Below, piece by piece: positions 55,722 to 64,000 of a stretch of 64,000 bases of DNA (positions are counted from its first letter, which is position 1; the number at the start of each line of letters is the position of its first letter). The notes beneath the pieces are model-generated. The model was not told where the DNA came from, made no database searches, and saw only the letters and a list, made by a program, of their open reading frames with translations. Position numbers and translations under genes: made by a program. The stretch lies in NCBI GenBank assembly GCA_964016885.1, contig OZ024760.1:33976001-34040000 (forward strand), in the 5' to 3' direction. The stretch comes from Eledone cirrhosa. Taxonomy: Eukaryota.

Positions 55722-56089
55722 TATAATTAATATAAATTAATATAAATTAAAATAATGAGAGAATGTTACATAATATAATGTTCCATATATTGGTTTCACT
55801 ATGGTGTCTTGGTTGCATCAGTTGTCCGCCATAATCAAGCAGTATTCATCTGTCGAGGCTGCATTGTGTGAGATCTGCCTATGGGTCCCGTATGTATGTA
55901 TGTATATATATATGTGTGTGTGTGTGTAAACATGCACATATATATACATTGGCACACTTTCACATATAAATAAACACACGTAAAGTTGTACATATATACA
56001 CATATACATACATAAATATATAAATATTTTAATTTTTATGTTGTTTTTGTTGTGGCAGTAATCGGTAGAGCGTCAGATAACATGTTCAC

Positions 56090-59000
56090 AGCCAAACCGT
56101 CCTGGATCTGGGGGGGGGGGGGGAGTGGCCGTGTTGTTCCGGAGAAGTCTGGATCTCGAGATACGAGATACGTTGGTACTGGACGTGACCAGCGGAGGAC
56201 AAACTTTCAGGCTGGTGGCCGCCTATGCCCCAAGAGGAGCAGGACAGCCTGAATTCTTCCGGCGTCTGGAGACCTTTCTTGGAACGTCCCGCTCTCTAGT
56301 GTTAGTGGGCGACTGGAACGGGATCTTAGATGCACGCTGGGACTGTTTGGGATTAGCGGATAGGGGAGGAGGATGTAAAAGCCTCACAAACCTACTCAGG
56401 CGTTTTGAACTGTCGGACAGGTACCGATTTGATTTCCGAATGTGCCAATGTGGACTTGGAAAAAGCGCATCGGGTCATCTAGATAGAGTATTTTGTAGGG
56501 AAATAGATAGGTCTAGCATAGGCTGTCCAGCTACACAGACCACAAATTCGTGATCTGTGTGGTTGACCTAGATAGGCTTCATAGACAAAGACCCGGCTAC
56601 TGGAAGCTAAACGTGTCATTAACAGCGCGCAAGGCCTATAGAGACCGTATTAGCGAACTTGTTAAGCGGGCGTTGACAGGGGCCATCGTCAACAACAAAT
56701 AGTGGTTTGCTCTGAAAAGGGCGATTAGAATAGAGTCCATTAGGTTTAGTAAGGCTTTAGCAATAGAGAAAAATAGAGCAGAGGGAGAACTAGTTAGAAA
56801 ATTAGACGAGGCGCTTAGCAAAGTATTCGCTACCGACGTACTTGCGGCGAAATTGGCCCTTGACCAATTCTTCAATGCAAAGCACGAAGGCTACGTTGTC
56901 AGAGCTAGGGTGCGTGCTCTCAGACACGAGGGGACGAAAGCCGTTCAATGGGCCCGAGTGGCGGAGGCGCATCGTGGCAACAAATCCACGATCCGGTCTT
57001 TGGTGGACCACGACGGGCGCATGCTACTCGATCCCGAGCAAATATGTGAAGCTTTTCAGCGACACTTCCCTCAGCTGTTCGGGGGCAGCGGCGGGCCGGA
57101 TCGAGGGATGGACTTTAGTGTCTACTTCGACGGACTGCCGTGGCTCTCGGCCACTGAGGCGGAGTGTTGCGAAAAGCCGATAACAGCCGCTGAAGTACGG
57201 GAGGCAATGACTGACTGCACAAGGGGTAAATCGCCTGGTTTGGATGGTCTGCCCTATGAACTTTACGTACAGATGCCAGACCTGTTCGGAGGCCTCTTGT
57301 CGGGCGTCTACTGCCACTGGCAACAGAACGGGAGAATTCCCAGCTCTGTGAGCCGAGGAGCGGTGGCGCTGCTGAGAAAGGATCCGAATAAGTGGGATAA
57401 CATAGATAATTTCAGGCCCATTACTCTGCTAAACACAGAGTTCAAGATTTTGGCCAAGGTGCTAGCAAAGAGGTTGGCGCTTGTCTTTGGTGGTCTGGTG
57501 GGAGAGGCGCAGACATGCGCCATTCCAAACAGATCCATTCACGACAACCTCCACCTCATGCGATACATCGCGGAGAGGGTAGCTAGGGAACCTGGGACGG
57601 GTGGGTCTTTGATCAATTTAGATCAGTCGAAAGCTTTCGATAGGGTCGACTATAGTTATCTGGCGGTAGTCCTGAGGGCGGCTGGCTTTGGGCCCGTCTT
57701 CAGAGGCTGGATCGCTGCCATGCACAGCGACATCTGCTCTGTGGTGAGAGTAAACGGTCACCTTTTCGGAACCGTTCAACATCATACGCACGGTCTGCCA
57801 AGGACGTCTCCTCTCGTCCATCTTGTACGTATTGACTCTCGAGCCATTACTGCACAAACTGGAGACGTTGAGGGGGGTCCCGCGCGAACTAGGATGCGGA
57901 AGATCCGTGTCAGCATATGCAGACGATGTTACCGTAGTGGTGTCGAACGCCAAACACATCGAGGCGATCGGCAATACACTAAGAGAATACGAAGCGGTGA
58001 CAGGAGCAATGATCAACCAGGAAGAGTCGGTGGGCCTGCAGATCGGCACCTGGAGAGGCAAGTCCATGCCGTCCAACAGCGTCGTCGGGCGCTGGATGAA
58101 CGGACCGGTTAAATTGCTAGGGGTCTGGTTCGGTCCGGACTTTCAGACGGACAAAAACTGAGACGAGGTGACGAGCAGGGTGGCTTCTCTCACCCAGAAA
58201 TGGGCGGAAAGGAAGCTAGCCCTGAAAGGTCGAGCGGAGGTGGCTAACGCGTAAATCGCATCCGTCATCTACTACCGCCTGACCGTCGTGCCTTGTCCTA
58301 AGCCTCACCTGACTGCGCTGGAGCGTTTGCTCTTTCGCTTTTTGTGGAAGGGACGCGCTCCGATGGTCAGGCGGTCCATCTGCTGTCAACACCCGCTACG
58401 TGGAGGGCTGGGCATGCCGTGGCTGATGATGCGCAGACACGCGCTCAGGCTACGACATTTCCACCTCTTCCTCGACGGTGATCAAGTTTGGTCGCCGTTT
58501 GCTAGACGCGTCTTTCCCCAGCTCGTCTCCTTGACGGAGCTGCAGTCCTGGGTCAAGCGAAGTCCGAGAGGGAGTGCTTGGAGACTGGAATGTCTTCAGG
58601 CGCTCACAGCCCTCGACCAATCGGGCAATGTGATCGGTGGAACTCCACCTTGGCGTTCTATAGAGGATTAGTGGAGGGGAAGAGCGACGACGTACTTAGG
58701 GAAACTCTAGCCGTCGACGAAAATCAACTAGCCAATCTCTTCGGAAGAACTTTCGGGCCGGGGCCTATGGACAACTTCCAGAAATCCATGGCCTGGCAGT
58801 ACTACCGAGGAGCTTTGCCAACTCGGGATAAACTCTACAGGCATGGAGGTGCCGTCAGCCGGGCATGTCCAAGATGCGCGCAGGGCGACGAAACCGTCCT
58901 GCATGCACTCGTCCAGTGTCCGAGCATTGCTGACTTGTGGGTTTATGTTGAACACCTGCTGTCGCGTGTAGGACGGATCCGGCTATCAGCTGAGTCCATC

Positions 59001-59493
59001 GTGAGGATTGCCCCGCCACCTTCCTTTCGCTGGGAAGGGCAGGCAATTTTTATCTGTCTGGTGGCCATGGGGAAAGAGATAGTATGGTGGACGTGTTTGA
59101 AAGGGCTGAAGACGAGCACTTACTTCTTCGGTGATGCCCTGATTAACTTTTTCAAATTTCATTTAAAAAGGAAAATCAGGTGAGAGAGGCAAGAATGGCC
59201 TGAGTGAATGGGCCTACTCTGAGTATGTGCCTGTAAATTAAAGGTGGAAAACTGAGAGAGGGCACTTGCCCTGGTGGTCAGGGTCACCGTCGCTTTTTTT
59301 AATGGGCTTTCTCCACGAATGTCCCTCGGAAGTCTCCCCCCTATTGGTGAATTTTTCGTCGTTTCTTTTTTTGTTACATCCTGTTTTTTTTTGTTTTTTT
59401 TACACGCAGAAATGCCCATTTGTACCGTCCTGTATTGTCCTGTACTGTCCTTAATGTCTACTTTGTGTAAACCCTTGTGGTTAATAAAGAAAG

Positions 59494-59539
<46 letters not shown>

Positions 59540-59540
59540 G
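56090..59540 (+). mobile_element. 5'-truncated, frameshifted Tx1/L1-clade LINE ORF2 (APE endonuclease, RT, zf-RVT) with AATAAA and (ATT)n tail
   Basis: 'AYAP', 'LVGDWN', 'GKSPGLDGLPYELY', 'NFRPITLLNTEFKILAK', 'LDQSKAFDRV', 'AYADD' and 'CPRC..DETVLHALVQC', spread over several frames with stops. Confidence 0.93.
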
Positions 59541-62500
59541 ATCTAATCGGATGTTTTTTGCTCACTCCCAGTAAGTCGCTTTATTTGCCTGTTATAATTA
59601 TTTGTTGTTAAATTTTTCTTGTTGTGTAAGGGATATAAGCCCTTGGATGTTGCCCTGTGAAGGGGAAAGTATAATATTTGGGCCTCTTGGCCCAAATATT
59701 TAAACATTTTACTTTTAAAAATTATTTGAAAAAGAAAAATGGCTAACCACGCCCCCCCCCCCCCCCCCCCAGCAATATGTCTGCTGTCAAGTGACAACAG
59801 CGTAAAAGTTGAGAGGAGGGTTAGTGAAATTCAGACAACAAACACCACCACAAACAACGTGAACAAAGACAACAACACTGAGAACACTAATTTTGAAAAT
59901 GTTACCACACCAATTACAACAATAACAGCGTCAACCAAAATACAGAAAACATAAAAAAAAATGACAACAAATGCAACAACGATATTAACACCACTAACAA
60001 GAAAATAAACAACGACAACAACAACAACAACAACAACGGTGGCACAAAAAACACAACCAACTACAACAGTGATAACAACAACAATACCAACAACACAGTT
60101 TGTAGCAGTAGCAACAGCAACAACAAGACCAGTAGCAGCAGTAGCGGCAGTAATAATGGTGCCGCTGAGAAAGGGGCCACTTCTTTCGCAGGTGTGGCCC
60201 GAAATATAGAAACAGTGCTAGTCACGGAGGAGGAGATGGCAGTCGCAAGAGCCATGGTGGACAAGGAATGAAAATAGAGTTTCCCTGAAACCTCCACCCG
60301 ATTTCTTCAAAGACCAGCAGCTGCGCACGGTGACTTACCGCACCGTAAGCAAGATGTCACATCGGGTGGAGAGAGCCACAGAGGCTCAAATCCCAAAGGC
60401 CTTGGGGTGCGTCTGGGCGCGCAAAACCCACATCACCTGAGGCAAAAAGTACGCCACAGTGGACGTACTTTTCGCGAAGTCTCACTCTTTGGAAACCCTA
60501 AAGAGTGAGGAGATAGTCTCGGTGCCCTCCTACTGCGAGACCCAGGCCCCGCCTGACTAGCCCATACCTTGGCTGGCCGCGTCTGTACTGGCTGGAATCG
60601 AGGAGAAGACCATCATACTGCAAAGACAGAGAATGGGAAGAGAGAACTGGTCAGGAATAGGTATGCAAATGCTAATACAGACTGACCAGGAGTGCATCGA
60701 GGCCATCCCAGACATCATAGACCTCGAAGGACTCCAGCTCCCTATAAGCGTGGAAGGAAGGCGCCCAAAGTGCTATATCTGTGGGTAGTAGTGGAGCTCA
60801 TACCCCTCCCAGGCACCACGGAATCCGACATGGAGTATGAGGTGGGAGGGAAGTGGCAAACGGTCTGCCACAAAGAACAAAAAAGGAAAAACCCCTTAGC
60901 TTCACCCTCTAAAAGCGAAGGCAAACAAAGTGGGGTAAAGGCTGCAAGGAGACATGCATCAACACCACCACCATCGCCATCACCACCTCAAGCATAACCA
61001 CAAACAACAACCACACCTCCACCAGCATCACCAAAAACACCAACATCGCAAACACAACAAAACACACACACCCAACAGCAACAAGAAAACAGCAACAAAA
61101 TCACCCCCTCCCCCCAAAAAGTACACAGGCCATAAACATGGCAAATAAAGAACTCTTACAACATATAAAGAAGCACACAGACATCACAGAAAAAAACTAC
61201 TACACCCCACCAACACCAAGAACTCTCCTGACATCATTGAAATCAAAATAGAACAGTACTAACTTTTAAAACAAAAATTCCCCAACGCAGTTGGAGACTT
61301 CAGAGGGTCGGTTACCAAGAGGATATACACCGACATCCGCTTGGAAACACCCATGACCAGCCAAAGGGACGGTTCTACTGTCCCTTCACCACGCGATCAA
61401 GGTAAGTGATCCTTTCTCACTTACTCCGTTTCTCATCCAACATGGCCGTACTTAGAATAGGCAGTATAAATGTACGTGGCCTGGGGTCACCTTGGAAGCA
61501 GGGTCACCTGCTCAACGACCTCAGGTCACTAGACATAGATGTGGTGGCCATCAGCGAGATCAGAATTTCCGAAGCACGAGTCTTCGCACCGATCTTCGGC
61601 GGCTAGGATGTATACGCATCTCCCAGCCGTCCAGGATCGGGGGGAGGGGGGTTGCCGTGCTTTTTCGAAGAGGCTTGGATCTCGCCATACGGGCCATCTT
61701 CCTGGACCCAGAAGGTAAGACGGTGGTGCTGGACATGACCGGCAGCGAAGGCAATGCTTTCAGGCTAGTAGCCGTCTACGCCCCAACAGGGGCAGGACGG
61801 CCAGATTTCTTCAGACGTCTAGAGACCTTTCTTGGAACGTTCCGCTCGTTAGTGTTAGTGGGCGACTGGAACGGTATCTTAGATGCACGCTGGGATTATG
61901 TGGGGCTAGTAGATAGGGTAGGAGGAAAGAAAAGCCTCAACAACCTGCTCAGACGTTTTGAATTGTCTGACAGGTGTAGACTGGATTATCCGAATGTGCC
62001 AATGTGGACATGGGCAAACCGCATCGGGTCATCCTGATCGTATTTAGATAGGGCGTTCTGTAGGGAAACAGTTAAGGCTAGTGTAGGTTGTCCACAATTT
62101 AAAGTAGTCGACTACACGGACCACAAATTTGTGATCTGTCAAGTTGACTTAGATAGACTTAGATAGACTTAGATAGACAAGGGCCCGGCTACTGGATGCT
62201 GAACGCGTCGTTCCCGGCGCGCAAAGCTTACAGAGACCGGATTAGCGAATTAGTTAAGCGTGCGTTGACGGGTGCGATCGTCAACAACAGGTGGTACCCT
62301 GAAAAGGGCTATTAGAGTAGAATCGATAAGGTTTAGCAAAGTAGTAGTGATAGAGGAAAATGGAGTAGAGGGAGAGTTAGTTAGAAAGCTGGAAGAGGCG
62401 TTTAGGACAGGCATCGCAACCGACGTGCTTACGGCGAGATTGGCACTCGACCAATTCTTCAACGCAAAGCAAGAAGGCTGCGTTGTCAGAGCTAGAGCGC

Positions 62501-64000
62501 ATGCTCTAAGACACGAGGGGACGAAAGCCGTTCAATGGGCCCGGGTGGTGGAGGCGCGACGTGGAAACAAGTCCACAATTCGGTCTTTTCCTGATCAAAA
62601 TGGGCGCATGCTGCTCGAACCCGAGCAGATGTGTGCGGCTTTTCAACAGCACTTGTTCGGGAGCGGCGGCGGACCGGATCGGAGTAGGGCTTCGGTGCAT
62701 ACCTCGACGGACTGCTACGGCTCTCGACGACCACAGCGCAGTGCTGCGAAAAGCCGATAACAGCAGGTGAAATACGGGAAGCGATGTCTGACTGCACGAG
62801 GGGTAAATCGCCAGGTTTGGATGGTCTGCCCTACGAGCTTATGCGTATATGCCAGACTTCGGCGACCTCTTGGCAGATGTCTACTGCAACTGGCAGCTGA
62901 ACGGGAGCATTCCCAGTTTTGTGAGCCGGGGAGCGGTGGCGCTGCTGAGAAAAGACCCGAACAAGGGGGACATTATAGACAACTTCAGTCCCATAACTCT
63001 ACTAAACGTAGAGTTTAAGATTTTGGCCAAGGTGTTAGCAAAGAGATTGGCGCTTGTCATCGGTGATATGGTGGGAGAGGCGCAGACATGCGCCATTCCG
63101 GACAGATCCATCCACGACAACCTCCATCTCATGCGATACATCATAGAGAGGGTTGTTAAGGAACCTGGCACGGGTGGGGCCCTGATCAATTTGGATCAAT
63201 CTAAAGCATTTGATAGGGTCGACCATCGGTACCTGGCTGCGGTCCTCGAGGCGGCCGGCTTCGGGCCCATTTTTAGGGGCTGGATCGCTGCGATGCACAG
63301 CAACATCTGCTCGATTGTGAGGGTGAATGGTCACCTGTCGCAGCCTTTCAGCATCATGCGCTCGGTCCGCCAGGGTTGCCCCCTCTCGTCCCTCTTGTAC
63401 GTACTGGCCCTCGAGCCGTTACTGCACAAATTGGAGACGATGAGAAGGTCCCACGCGAACTGGGATGCGGAAGATCCGTGTCAGCTTACGCCAACGACGT
63501 CACCGTGGTGGTGCCGCGCACCAAACACGTCCAGATGCTCAGCACTACACCAAGAGAATACGAAGCGGTGACAGGTGCAAAGATAAACCAGGAAAAGTCG
63601 GTGGGCTTGCAACTCAACACCTGGAGAGACAAGTCCATGCTGTCCGACAGCGTCGTGGGGCACTGGACGGAAGGACAGGTTAAATTGCTCGGGTTCTGGT
63701 TCGGTCCGGACCTTCACATGGAGAAAAACTGGAACGAGGTGACGAACAGCGTGGCCTCCCTCACCCATAAATGGGCCGAGAGGAGGCTGTCTCTGAAAGG
63801 TCGGGCGGAGGTGGCGGATGCGTACATAGCGTCCGTCATCTGTTACCGCCTGGCCGTCGTCCCTTGCCCCCGCCCAACTCTGACCAAAAAATGGAGATAC
63901 GCGCAGGGCGACGAAACCGTCCTGCACGCATTCGTTCAGTGCCCGAGTATTGCTGACTTATTGAGCTATGTCGAACAGCTGCTGTCGCGTGTAGGACGGA
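59541..64000 (+). mobile_element. Second, longer decayed Tx1/L1-clade LINE: 5' UTR, broken ORF1 (~59739-61410), ORF2 from 61442, internal deletion near 63890; runs off window
   Basis: ORF1 knuckle start 'VEGRRPKCYICG'. ORF2 'MAVLRIGSINVRGL..DVVAISE', 'VYAP', 'GDWN', 'KAFDRV', 'SVRQGCPLS'. Confidence 0.92.

Overview
Eukaryotic, AT-rich, almost wholly repetitive DNA with no clear host gene. The tRNA-SINE families and dense (TA)n/(CA)n tracts resemble an octopus or other cephalopod genome (inference). The main signal, invisible to the ORF track, is about 30 type I hammerhead ribozyme (HHR) motifs plus several degenerate ones, which I folded by eye (CTGANGA...GAAA...NTH with three stems). Two non-coding tandem arrays carry one HHR per monomer and look like retrozymes. 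The first has a ~420-bp unit (1-5730) with a minimal HHR. The second has a 616-bp unit (50403-52376) with a large HHR whose core is the compensatory U3:A8 variant (TTGAGAA). The other HHRs lie in the 3' pseudo-LTR regions of several Penelope-like element (PLE) families, including a young RT+GIY-YIG copy (12403-13836). Most of these units sit in (TA)n and have a head-to-head inverted structure. The window also holds two decayed Tx1/L1-type LINEs, RTE fragments, Helitron pieces, a mariner-like MITE, SINEs, and 65-, 56-, 20- and 60-bp satellites. All folds and coordinates were read manually and none were tested computationally or experimentally.
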